Shown here: positions 38,396 to 47,113 of the stretch, in pieces
Numbering within the stretch: position 1 is the stretch's first letter
Layout of the letters: each line of letters begins with the position of its first letter
NCBI GenBank assembly: GCA_029245825.1
Contig: JAQWON010000011.1
Span: 1 to 54,064, forward strand
DNA length: 54,064 nucleotides
Reading direction: 5' to 3'
From: Flavobacteriaceae bacterium
GTDB lineage: Bacteria; Bacteroidota; Bacteroidia; Flavobacteriales; Flavobacteriaceae
The notes under the pieces: generated by a model
What the model was told of the DNA's origin: nothing
What the model saw: the letters and a program-made list of their open reading frames with translations, nothing else
Database searches by the model: none
Program-made: the position numbers and the translations under genes

Positions 38396-39259
38396 TTAAT
38401 TGCTTAAAGCCTCTGCGCCTCCAACAATTTCAAGAATTTCGTTTGTTATTGATGCTTGTCTAGCTTTATTGTAAGTTAGCTTTAACTCATCTCTAAGTTC
38501 GGTAGCGTTGTCTGTTGCTTTATGCATTGCTGTCATCCTAGCTCCATGCTCACTCGCAAAAGAGTCTCTAAGAGATCTATAAAATTTAACCTTTAAAAAT
38601 TTAGGAATTAAACTTTTTAAAATTTCTGTTTCAGAGGGCTCAAAAAAAGTGTCGAAATTTTTAATTTCTGTTCCTCCTGAAATTTTTTCTACAGGCAAGA
38701 AATTATCAACAGTAACAACCTGAGTTGCGGCATTTTTAAAACGATTATAGACTAATATAATTTTACTATATTCTTTTTCTTTATATGATTGCATAATTAA
38801 ATCGGCTATAGGGTCTGCATTTTCAAAATTAAGATCATCAAAAATATCATCATGCCTCCCCTTCAAGGCAATAGATTTAGAGAGTATATCGCCCCCCTTT
38901 TTGCCAATAGAAAGAACCTCAATAGCATTATCCTTATAATCTATTTTATTCAATCGGAGAGTCTCTTTTATAATATTTGAATTAAAAGCCCCGCAGAGTC
39001 CTCTATTGGATGTAATTGGAACAATTAAGATTTTATTTGATTTGTTAGATTTAAAATATTCATTGTTTTCTATTCCGGCTGATCCACTAGAAAGAAGTCC
39101 TATAAGCTCTTCTAGCTTATTAGAATAAGGTTTAACAGCTATAATGGCATCTTGAGCCTTTTTCAACTTAGCTGCAGAAACCATTTTCATTGCACTTGTT
39201 ATCTGCATGGTTGAAGAGACTGATGAAATTCTATTTCTTATCTCTTTTAAATTAGCCAT
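38396..39259 (-). CDS. atpG: F0F1 ATP synthase subunit gamma
   Basis: MANLKEIRNRISSVSSTMQITSAMKMVSAAKL N-terminus. C-terminal ARQASITNEILEIVGGAEAL. Confidence 0.95.
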   Translation of the reverse strand: MANLKEIRNRISSVSSTMQITSAMKMVSAAKLKKAQDAIIAVKPYSNKLEELIGLLSSGSAGIENNEYFKSNKSNKILIVPITSNRGLCGAFNSNIIKETLRLNKIDYKDNAIEVLSIGKKGGDILSKSIALKGRHDDIFDDLNFENADPIADLIMQSYKEKEYSKIILVYNRFKNAATQVVTVDNFLPVEKISGGTEIKNFDTFFEPSETEILKSLIPKFLKVKFYRSLRDSFASEHGARMTAMHKATDNATELRDELKLTYNKARQASITNEILEIVGGAEALSN

Positions 39260-39264
39260 AAAAT

Positions 39265-39369
39265 TTATTCAAAAAGTTTTGAAGTTTCTTTAGCAACCTT
39301 TTCCAATATAGAAATTACCTTGTCTGTTAAATTGCCTGATTTAAGATCCTTTAATACAGCTTTATACTT
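39265..39369 (-). other. Orphaned C-terminal coding segment of atpA, downstream of and in frame with the TAA at 39370-39372
   Basis: Hand translation directly after the TAA gives KYKAVLKDLKSGNLTDKVISILEKVAKETSKLFE, then a stop at 39265-39267, which is 5 nt before the atpG ATG. This matches the usual alpha-subunit C-terminal helix pattern. The only ATG/GTG/TTG in frame is a TTG 13 codons before the stop. Confidence 0.7.
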
Positions 39370-40842
39370 TTAAGATAAAGTTTCTAAATACATTGTCTCA
39401 AATTCTTTGACTTTGGATACAGGAACATTAGATATTAAATTATTAGTGCCGACATAAATAGATGCAATCTGATCTTCAATTTTGAAGGGATCATTAACAG
39501 ATTGTTTCAAAATTTCAACATTCCGTTTTCCTTTTTCAATAACATTCATTGTTGCTGCATCAAGATCAGAACCAAATTTTGCAAACGCTTCCAATTCTCT
39601 GTATTGCGCTTGGTCTAATTTTAAAGTACCTGAAACTTTTTTCATAGATTTTACTTGTGCAGATCCACCCACTCGAGAAACAGATATTCCAACATTAATA
39701 GCTGGGCGAACCCCTGAATTAAATAGATCAGATTCTAAAAATATTTGCCCATCAGTTATAGATATAACGTTTGTTGGTATATAAGCAGAGACGTCTCCTG
39801 CTTGGGTTTCAATAATAGGTAATGCAGTTAAGGAGCCTCCTCCCTTGACTTTATTTTTAAGCCCTTCTGGGAGATCATTCATGTCCTTAGCAATACTATC
39901 ATCGGCAATAACCTTTGCAGCTCTTTCCAAAAGTCGCGAATGAAGATAAAACACATCCCCAGGATATGCCTCTCTCCCTGGAGGCCTTCTTAAAAGAAGA
40001 GATACTTCTCTATAAGCAACAGCCTGCTTGGAAAGATAATCATATATTACTAGGGCAGGTCTTCCAGTGTCTCTAAAATACTCTCCTATTGATGCTCCAG
40101 CAAAAGGTGCGTAAACTTGCATTGACGCAGGATCAGATGCATTAGCAGCTACAATAGTGGTATATGACAAAGCTCCTTTGTCTTCTAAAACTTTTGCAAT
40201 AGCGGCAACAGTTGAAGATTTTTGCCCAATTGCAACATAAATACAATATACAGGTTCCCCAGAATCATAAAATTGCTTTTGATTTAATATTGTGTCAATG
40301 CAAACTGTGGTCTTTCCAGTCTGCCTATCCCCAATCACAAGTTCTCTTTGCCCCCTACCAATAGGTATCATAGCGTCAATAGCTTTTATTCCTGTTTCCA
40401 TAGGCTCAGCAACAGGTTCTCTGAAAATAACACCTGGTGCTTTTCTCTCAAGAGGCATTTCAACAACAGGTCCTTTTATTGGTCCTTTGCCATCTATAGG
40501 AGCTCCCAAAGTATCTACTACTCGTCCAATAATATTTTCCCCAACATTAATTGATCCAATTCTATTAGTTCTTTTAACTACATCTCCCTCCTTAATCGAT
40601 TTCGATGCCCCAAGTAATACTACACCGACATTATCTTCTTCTAAATTTAAAACCATTCCAGATAATCCGTTTTCAAAGGACACTAGTTCGCCATATTGGG
40701 CATTGGTCAATCCATAAATTCTTGCTATTCCGTCACCAACTGCAATGACATTTCCCACTTCATCTAAAGAAGCCGAATCATCAAAATCTGACAATTGTTT
40801 TTTTAATATAGCTGAAATCTCAGCTGGCTTTAGTTTTGACAT
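39370..40842 (-). CDS. atpA: F0F1 ATP synthase subunit alpha (as encoded, ends about 35 codons early at an in-frame TAA)
   Basis: GDRQTGKT (Walker A), [53 protein letters not shown]. The ORF stops after ..[11 protein letters not shown]. Confidence 0.95.
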   Translation of the reverse strand: MSKLKPAEISAILKKQLSDFDDSASLDEVGNVIAVGDGIARIYGLTNAQYGELVSFENGLSGMVLNLEEDNVGVVLLGASKSIKEGDVVKRTNRIGSINVGENIIGRVVDTLGAPIDGKGPIKGPVVEMPLERKAPGVIFREPVAEPMETGIKAIDAMIPIGRGQRELVIGDRQTGKTTVCIDTILNQKQFYDSGEPVYCIYVAIGQKSSTVAAIAKVLEDKGALSYTTIVAANASDPASMQVYAPFAGASIGEYFRDTGRPALVIYDYLSKQAVAYREVSLLLRRPPGREAYPGDVFYLHSRLLERAAKVIADDSIAKDMNDLPEGLKNKVKGGGSLTALPIIETQAGDVSAYIPTNVISITDGQIFLESDLFNSGVRPAINVGISVSRVGGSAQVKSMKKVSGTLKLDQAQYRELEAFAKFGSDLDAATMNVIEKGKRNVEILKQSVNDPFKIEDQIASIYVGTNNLISNVPVSKVKEFETMYLETLS

Positions 40843-40858
40843 TTTATATTTTTGTTTT

Positions 40859-41395
40859 TTATGTTTTAACTAATTCTCTTTTCAAGACATTTAAACGATT
40901 GGATAAACTTGCATTGTATTGCAAATCACCAACTCTAATTATAAAACCCCCCAAAATTTTTGGATCAATAATCTTTCTTAGCTTAATTTTAAAGGAGGTC
41001 AATTGATCGGCTTTTTCTAAGATTTCCTTTTCAGATTTAGCTGATAATGGAGTAGCTGAAATAATGGTTGCTGGAACAATTCCTTTGTTTATATTGTATA
41101 GATCTATAAATTTGAGTGCAATCATTTTTAAAAAAACTTCTCTCTTTTTCTTAATTAATAAATCCAACAAATCATTTATTTCTTTTGAAAAACTTTTAAA
41201 TAAATTTCGCTTTATTTTGAGTTTTTTTTCTACACTTAAAATTGGATCTGAAAAAAATTTTTCCAAATTAGAATGCTCTTCTATTGCTATATATAATTGT
41301 TGCATTTCTTTAGCAAGTTTTTCTTCTTTTTTACATTCTAAGGAATATTGAAAAAAAGCTTTAGCGTATCTTAAAACAACTTTAGTCGATTTCAT
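40859..41395 (-). CDS. atpH: F0F1 ATP synthase subunit delta (OSCP)
   Basis: Lies between atpF and atpA. 178 aa. RYAKAFF N-terminus and [19 protein letters not shown]-terminal OSCP motif. Confidence 0.85.
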   Translation of the reverse strand: MKSTKVVLRYAKAFFQYSLECKKEEKLAKEMQQLYIAIEEHSNLEKFFSDPILSVEKKLKIKRNLFKSFSKEINDLLDLLIKKKREVFLKMIALKFIDLYNINKGIVPATIISATPLSAKSEKEILEKADQLTSFKIKLRKIIDPKILGGFIIRVGDLQYNASLSNRLNVLKRELVKT

Positions 41396-41396
41396 T

Positions 41397-41900
41397 TTAT
41401 TTCTTTATAGAAAGATCTTTCAATAATTCTTTTACCATCTCATCTTGTTTTGTCTTGTCTTCTAACTCTTTCTTAATGATTTTTTCAGCTATTTCTATTG
41501 AAAATTCAGCAACCTGATTCTTAATATCCTTGACAACAGATTTTTTCTCATTGTCAATTCTTTCCTGGACATTTTTCAAAATCTTTTCGGCTTCTAGCTT
41601 TGATTCCTTTTTAGCAGATTCAACTATTTTAAGCCCTTTATTTTTAGCATCTTTTAAAAGATTATCTCTTTCCATTTTAGCTTCTTGTAAAATCTTTTGA
41701 TTATCTTCTTTTAAAGATTGCATTTGTTTTTTTGCTTCCTCAGCAGATGAAAGTGCTTCCTTAATTGAATTTTCTCTTTCATTTACAGAATCTAGAATAG
41801 GTTTCCAAGCAAATTTTCTTAGCAAGAAAATAAGCCCTACAAAAATAAGAAGTTGCCAAAAAAATAATCCAAAAGAAAACTCACCAATTAATTTTTCCAT
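41397..41900 (-). CDS. atpF: F0F1 ATP synthase subunit b
   Basis: Single N-terminal TM helix (LFFWQLLIFVGLIFLL), then FAWKPI and a long charged helix. Operon position supports the call. Confidence 0.85.
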   Translation of the reverse strand: MEKLIGEFSFGLFFWQLLIFVGLIFLLRKFAWKPILDSVNERENSIKEALSSAEEAKKQMQSLKEDNQKILQEAKMERDNLLKDAKNKGLKIVESAKKESKLEAEKILKNVQERIDNEKKSVVKDIKNQVAEFSIEIAEKIIKKELEDKTKQDEMVKELLKDLSIKK

Positions 41901-41929
41901 TTTTTTATAAAATCTGTAAAATAATTACT

Positions 41930-42121
41930 TTAAAGCACGAACATCGCCGCAAAACCAATACCCTCTACAAGAGCAGCAATAATTAACATAGCTGTTTGTA
42001 TCTTGCCGTAAGCCTCTGGTTGTCTACCTATAGCCTCCATAGCTCCTCTACCAATACCTCCTAGTCCGATACCTACACCTATTACTATTAAACCTCCTCC
42101 TACAATTGCTGGAATTTCCAT
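41930..42121 (-). CDS. atpE: F0F1 ATP synthase subunit c
   Basis: A 63-aa hairpin protein with the GRQPEA loop and the conserved carboxylate in ALVEGIGF. Confidence 0.9.
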   Translation of the reverse strand: MEIPAIVGGGLIVIGVGIGLGGIGRGAMEAIGRQPEAYGKIQTAMLIIAALVEGIGFAAMFVL

Positions 42122-42164
42122 ATTTACTATTTATTTAAATTAAACATTCCTTTTATACTTGATC

Positions 42165-43241
42165 CTAATGATCATGTTCTTCTTCGACAGCAAAACCAAA
42201 ATATAATGCTGATAATATTGTAAAAATATATGCTTGCAAAAGTGCAACTAATATTTCAATTATAGAAATAAAAAATGCTAATGCAAATGACAAACTTGAT
42301 CCTAACCAATTTCTAAAAACAAAAATCATAGAAATTAATGTCATCATTGTAATATGTCCTGCCGTAATATTAGCATATAACCTAATCATCAAAGTAAAGG
42401 GCTTGATAAAAACTCCTAGTAGTTCTATTGGAGCCATTATTAATTTCATATAAATCGGCATCCCAGGCATCCAAAAAATATGTTTCCAATAATAAGTTGT
42501 ACCGCTAACTGTAGTTATGATAAAAGTTAATAATGCCAAGCAAAATGTGACTGCTATATTACCAGTGACATTTATTCCCAAAGGAGAAAGTCCGATCATA
42601 TTGCAAAACCAAATAAAAAAGAAAAGAGTTAATAGAAAGCTCATATACTTCCTATAATTTTTTTCTCCAATATTCGGTATTGCTATTTCATCTCTAATAT
42701 ATATAACTATTGGCTCAAAAAATCTTCCAACGCCTTTTGCAACTAAACCATTTCTTGAATAAGATCTAGCTAAGTTTTTAAAAAGTATAAACATTAATAA
42801 AGAAACAAGAATCATACTAACAACACTTTTTGTAATGGAAAAATCTAGCGGGACAACGTTTGTTGGATGCCCCTCCTCATCATATTTTATAGTCCCTTTC
42901 GAATCAGTTAAATAAATCTTCCCATGATACAATTTGTAAAATTTGTCTTCTATTTCAGCTATAGATTCCCCGTGATTAAGTTTGGATGAGGAAAATATTT
43001 TAATACCATCATCCCAAAGAATAACAGGTAAAGGTATGCCTACATAAACTTTCCCTCCAGTTTCTTCATCGGTATATGACAATAAACTAAAATCATGAGA
43101 ATCTTTAACATGATGTAAAATATAGTCTGTTAATTCTTCCTTTAAATTTTTAGATTTTGAATCACCATCCTTAGCAAATAAAGCAAAGGAATTAGTTAAT
43201 ATAACTATAAGGCTGAAAAGAAATATTCCCTTTGTTTTTAT
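42165..43241 (-). CDS. atpB: F0F1 ATP synthase subunit a, with Bacteroidetes-type N-terminal extension; start codon non-canonical or undefined
   Basis: C-terminal RLYANITAGH (essential Arg). The ORF-track TTG start (43082) cuts off in-frame upstream sequence. That sequence is (I)KTKGIFLFSLIVILTNSFALFAKDGDSKSKNLKEELTDYILHHVKDSHDFSLL, a signal-like peptide plus the conserved HHVxDSHDF block. The frame opens after a TAA at 43245-43247, and only ATC (43244) or ATA (43241) is available. Confidence 0.8.
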   Translation of the reverse strand: MKTKGIFLFSLIVILTNSFALFAKDGDSKSKNLKEELTDYILHHVKDSHDFSLLSYTDEETGGKVYVGIPLPVILWDDGIKIFSSSKLNHGESIAEIEDKFYKLYHGKIYLTDSKGTIKYDEEGHPTNVVPLDFSITKSVVSMILVSLLMFILFKNLARSYSRNGLVAKGVGRFFEPIVIYIRDEIAIPNIGEKNYRKYMSFLLTLFFFIWFCNMIGLSPLGINVTGNIAVTFCLALLTFIITTVSGTTYYWKHIFWMPGMPIYMKLIMAPIELLGVFIKPFTLMIRLYANITAGHITMMTLISMIFVFRNWLGSSLSFALAFFISIIEILVALLQAYIFTILSALYFGFAVEEEHDH

Positions 43242-43269
43242 GATTTAAAATTTAATAGTTTGTCGCGTG

Positions 43270-43303
43270 CAAATTTAATTTTTTTTCAACAAAAAATTCT
43301 CAA
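43270..43303 (-). promoter_or_regulatory. Bacteroidetes-type promoter candidate upstream of atpB
   Basis: Minus strand: TTG (43303-43301), a 23-nt spacer, and TAAATTTG (43277-43270). It lies 28 nt upstream of the ATA codon at 43241. Confidence 0.2.
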
Positions 43304-43322
43304 TCAGATACATTTTTCTTTA

Positions 43323-43700
43323 TTAAAAATTTTTTAACAACTTCATAAAAGAATAAGTCTCAAAAATTAAAGAAACTGAATATGGGACAAAAAAGGAAAA
43401 GAATTCTATGTTTTTTATAATACCATCTGACGAGAAAGATGGATAAAAAAATAAGAAGAAAAGAAAAAATTTTATAAGACTCCCTAATAAAAAGAACCAT
43501 CCTACATAAATGCTTCTTTTATTAATATTATATAAAAGAAAATAATAAATAATATTTGTTATTAGGACATTGAAAAGATATGATTCAATTATTAAATGTC
43601 CCCATAAATTATTACCTGTGAATTTTAAAAATGAAAGATGTGTTAAAAAAGTGATCGTTAAAATAAAACTTAAAACAAGACAAAAGTTTTTTGCCCCCAT
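43323..43700 (-). CDS. Hypothetical 4-TM membrane protein conserved upstream of atpB (DUF6168-like)
   Basis: 125 aa, highly hydrophobic, located between the atpZ-like gene and atpB. The family assignment rests on context only. Confidence 0.4.
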   Translation of the reverse strand: MGAKNFCLVLSFILTITFLTHLSFLKFTGNNLWGHLIIESYLFNVLITNIIYYFLLYNINKRSIYVGWFFLLGSLIKFFLFFLFFYPSFSSDGIIKNIEFFSFFVPYSVSLIFETYSFMKLLKNF

Positions 43701-43706
43701 ATTATA

Positions 43707-43907
43707 CTAAAAATTCTTTGTTTGTTTTTTTATCATAAAGATAACTGAAATAACTCCTAATACAGAACAGATAAGGGTAGGAATCTTTTTTTCTGTTTGA
43801 ATTTGATACTCTATCCACAAACCAATAGAAACCATCAGGTACATGACAATAGCAATTTGTATAAATAAACTAGAGAAAATTAGCCATTTATTAGGCCGTC
43901 TTTTCAT
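43707..43907 (-). CDS. AtpZ/AtpI-family small membrane protein
   Basis: A 66-aa, 2-TM protein. The N-terminus MKRRPNKWLIFSSLFIQIAIVMYL is typical of AtpZ-like proteins, and it sits in an atp-operon leader position. Confidence 0.55.
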   Translation of the reverse strand: MKRRPNKWLIFSSLFIQIAIVMYLMVSIGLWIEYQIQTEKKIPTLICSVLGVISVIFMIKKQTKNF

Positions 43908-44292
43908 GGCTTTTATTAATCTTTGGGAGAGTTTTTACATCGCCAAGTAATTCATCTTTTTTCATCCTACATTTTGCATTTAAGTTCGCTCCAGATTCTA
44001 CAATTAATTTCCCCATTGTAACTTCTCCCTCAACAATAGCTGAACTTCTAAGGTTAAAAGTACCAGAAACATTTATTTTCCCCTTTATTTTCCCCTCTAT
44101 ATCAGCGCTTTCACAATTGACTGAGCCGTCTATTAAACCCTCTTTGCCTACAACTATTTTTCCTTTAATTTTAATAGATCCTTCTAAAATACCATCAACT
44201 CTAAAGTCTCCAGAAGAAACAATTTCTCCCTTTAAATTAGTCGTGTTTTCTATTCGGCTATATTGCCCCGCGAAATCATTAGTCCTTGGCAT
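43891..44292 (-). CDS. Bactofilin (polymer-forming cytoskeletal protein, DUF583)
   Basis: Repetitive beta-helix pattern: LKGEIVSSGDFRVDGILEGSIKIKGKIVVGKEGLIDGSVNCESADIEGKIKGKINVSGTFNLRSSAIVEGEV. Confidence 0.8.
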   Translation of the reverse strand: MPRTNDFAGQYSRIENTTNLKGEIVSSGDFRVDGILEGSIKIKGKIVVGKEGLIDGSVNCESADIEGKIKGKINVSGTFNLRSSAIVEGEVTMGKLIVESGANLNAKCRMKKDELLGDVKTLPKINKSHEKTA

Positions 44293-46753
44293 AGTTCCAA
44301 GTTTTATTTTTTATTATCTCCCTGTATTGGGATGACAAAGCTACAAAATTATTTGTACTTACTTGATAACCATATTTTTCCGAAAGTTTTTCTTGAAATT
44401 CATTGAGTAAATCAATATTTAATATCCCATGAACAACTAAAAAATTATATTCTCTATTATATAAGTCCTTTGAAAAAAACCACTTTTCAGTGATTTCTTT
44501 TTCATCATGGAAAATCTTTTGAAGTTTTTTTTGTGAATCAATTAATTTTAAAGAATCCTCCATTCGGTAAGGTAAAATCCATTTATAGTTTTTGTATACT
44601 TTCCCTTTTTCAGCTAATTCAAGTTCTTTTAATTTTTTGATAATTTTTTTTGCCTGATTTGCTTCACTAGTTTCCGGATATTTTGTTTTAAATTTATTTA
44701 GCTCCTCACCCCATATCTTTATGCCATCTAATTTTCCCATCACATTTACTTTCAAAAGATTATATTTTGGTTCTATTTGTGATCCGCTAAATAAAATTTC
44801 ATTTTTTTCACTTAGTGCTAAAAATTTAATTAATTGTCCTTTTTTATATAATTCTAAAAGATCCTTATATATAGTCTGAGGGCCTTCGCCCTTAGCTGTT
44901 TTTAAAATATCTGGAGAGTTTAAAATCTTTTCAAAAGCAGTTCCTTTAAAATCATTTAATATTCTTTCCCTGTAAACACTTGATAAAGATGAATCAAGTT
45001 TTTGATTAATCTTAAATAAATGATAAAGAGTTGGTGCTTCAATATCTTTTGGGGGATTCTTTGATAGGAGTAAACTAAGTTTAGTGTTTGCTGCTTTTAA
45101 ATTTTTAAAGCTTTCTTTGTAGATCATGCCCAGTTGAAAATAACTGTTGAAATTTAAATTTTTAATACTATCAATCTCTCTTATTGAACTTGGCAACTTA
45201 TTTATATAATTATTAGGTGTTTCAATTTTTGCTTTATTATTCAACCCTTCAGATCCATCATTAAATGAAACAGTTGAATCGAAAGGCTTAGGGATTGACG
45301 AAACTCTCCAATTATCAACATTGGATCTATTCCCCCAAATTGATAAAAATTTTTGTTCTCCTTGTATTAATAGTGAAGGATTATAAAAATAAAATTTTTC
45401 AGGTGACTGATTTTTAGAAAAAAGCTTAAACCTTTTTTTTTCCTGAGAAATCATTGTTAATTCTTTAGCTTGTTTTTTTAAAATTTGATTTCTAAAAAAT
45501 TCTATTTGTTTTTCTCGACTTAAAGAGAGTATATATAAGACACTGTCAGTAGATTTGGCAGTTCTTTCATATTTAATTACGCTTTTTAAATTATCTTTCT
45601 CCCTAGCTGCAATCTTGCTTTCGTAAGTAAAGTCAGGTAAAATCCTTATGAGACTATCCAAATATTTTCCAGATAAAATATATTTCCCTCTATTAAAGTA
45701 AAAATCAGCTAAATCTCTGTAATTCCTTTCTTTTGTTGGATTCTCTATATTTTTTGAGTTTAGTGAAAGATTTAAAAAATAAACTGTTAGGGAGTCATTA
45801 TTAGTCTTAAAATAATAATCTCCTAAAGCTCTGTAAATCCAATGCTTGAAATTTTTGTTATCATAATCATTTGATAACTTAGTTAATCTATTTGCTGGGG
45901 AATGTCCGCGGGCTTCCCAATTTAGATTTAATTCTTTTATTTGGGCGTTAATTAAATACTTTCTTGGAGCTCTCCTATTTAATTTTATTAATTTTTCAAA
46001 AGTCAAAAGAGAAGAATCTGGCAAATTTAACTCTTCATACAACTGTCCTATTATAAAAAGGTATCTAGCTTTTTTAGGATTATTTTTTGTTGTTTTTAAT
46101 GATCTTTTTAAATAAAATAGTGCAGAATCTATTTTTTTTGTTTGAATAAATGCATTTGCAACTGAGGCATTGGCTTGTGAATAAAATTTACTCTTAGGAC
46201 TAAGATTTCTAGCTAAGGGGCTTAAATTTTTTATAGCAAGCTCAACATTCTTAAGTCTTATATTTGTTTTTTCTCTCCAAATTCTAGCTTCAACATAAGT
46301 TTTTTCATCGACATGATTTTCAAGTAAAAAATTAAACGCTTCTAAGGCAGGAAAAAACCGTCTGTCAAAATAACGTGATTTACCTAGAAGCAAATATGCC
46401 CTGTCTATCTCCTTATTCCTTTGACTTCCATCAATATTCATTGAGTGCTTTTGAATTGCCTTCACAGCTTTATCTTCTGCCTTTGCGAATCCAGGAATAA
46501 CTGTAGTCTCATTAACATTTTCTCCATTTATACTAATTGGCTCAATTGGTAATGTTTCATAAAAATTATCCTCAAAAGTTTTTGAAAGAATTTCCTTCCC
46601 AACAAAAAAGGCGTTTTCACCATTAAAAAGAACATTATATTTTGTGTTTATTGAATGGTATTGCCTATTTATATATTTATCTTTTTGGGTAGAACAGGAA
46701 AGAATAAATAAACAGATTAACTGTATTAAGATTTTTTTATCGAAGGCCAACAA
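44279..46753 (-). CDS. sprE: TPR-repeat gliding-motility / type IX secretion lipoprotein SprE (PorW family)
   Basis: Lipobox LFILSCSTQKD followed by INRQYHSINTKYNVLFNGENAF (the conserved SprE/PorW N-terminus). About 820 aa, TPR-like. TTG start. Confidence 0.7.
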   Translation of the reverse strand: MLAFDKKILIQLICLFILSCSTQKDKYINRQYHSINTKYNVLFNGENAFFVGKEILSKTFEDNFYETLPIEPISINGENVNETTVIPGFAKAEDKAVKAIQKHSMNIDGSQRNKEIDRAYLLLGKSRYFDRRFFPALEAFNFLLENHVDEKTYVEARIWREKTNIRLKNVELAIKNLSPLARNLSPKSKFYSQANASVANAFIQTKKIDSALFYLKRSLKTTKNNPKKARYLFIIGQLYEELNLPDSSLLTFEKLIKLNRRAPRKYLINAQIKELNLNWEARGHSPANRLTKLSNDYDNKNFKHWIYRALGDYYFKTNNDSLTVYFLNLSLNSKNIENPTKERNYRDLADFYFNRGKYILSGKYLDSLIRILPDFTYESKIAAREKDNLKSVIKYERTAKSTDSVLYILSLSREKQIEFFRNQILKKQAKELTMISQEKKRFKLFSKNQSPEKFYFYNPSLLIQGEQKFLSIWGNRSNVDNWRVSSIPKPFDSTVSFNDGSEGLNNKAKIETPNNYINKLPSSIREIDSIKNLNFNSYFQLGMIYKESFKNLKAANTKLSLLLSKNPPKDIEAPTLYHLFKINQKLDSSLSSVYRERILNDFKGTAFEKILNSPDILKTAKGEGPQTIYKDLLELYKKGQLIKFLALSEKNEILFSGSQIEPKYNLLKVNVMGKLDGIKIWGEELNKFKTKYPETSEANQAKKIIKKLKELELAEKGKVYKNYKWILPYRMEDSLKLIDSQKKLQKIFHDEKEITEKWFFSKDLYNREYNFLVVHGILNIDLLNEFQEKLSEKYGYQVSTNNFVALSSQYREIIKNKTWNYAKD

Positions 46754-46813
46754 AAGCTTTTTATTTTTAATAACTCAAAAAGCTATATTTTAGTATTCAA
46801 AATAAAAAAAACT

Positions 46814-47107
46814 ATGCCCCAAAGTAATTTAATTGACATAGAAATCATTTCTGATAATGAAAATTTTAAAATAATTGGCTCAGAAAAGAAAAGCGTTTTG
46901 GATGTTGCACTAGACAACAATATTGATGTGCCTTATTCATGTCAAGGTGGAATTTGCTCAACTTGTATAGCAAGGATAAAAAAGGGGACTGTAAAAATGG
47001 AAACTAATCAAATTTTAACTGATGAAGAAATTGATGATGGCTTAATACTAACTTGTCAAGCAATACCTACCAGTAATTCTATTATTATTGACTATGATGA
47101 TGTTTAG
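46814..47107 (+). CDS. 2Fe-2S ferredoxin (plant-type fold)
   Basis: The cluster ligands lie in SCQGGICSTCIA...LTCQA (CX4CX2C...C). 97 aa. Confidence 0.8.
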   Translation: MPQSNLIDIEIISDNENFKIIGSEKKSVLDVALDNNIDVPYSCQGGICSTCIARIKKGTVKMETNQILTDEEIDDGLILTCQAIPTSNSIIIDYDDV

Positions 47108-47113
47108 TTTATA

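Noticed and set aside
39482-40717. There are long antisense ORFs opposite atpA (39482-39784, 40292-40717, 40348-40554). Similar shadow ORFs lie opposite other genes: 4986-5225, 7981-8259, 10290-10574, 14622-14810, 15191-15400, 16763-17017, 23879-24067, 28138-28798, 30289-30564, 33261-33521, 36243-36464, 37748-37939, 41064-41351, 44117-44335, 51155-51499, 52427-52936 and 53529-53801.
   Set aside because: Each lies entirely within, or opposite, a well-supported gene with clear family motifs. Their translations are low-complexity or Ser/Pro/Ile/Phe-rich with no motif. This is the expected behaviour of non-coding frames in conserved genes.
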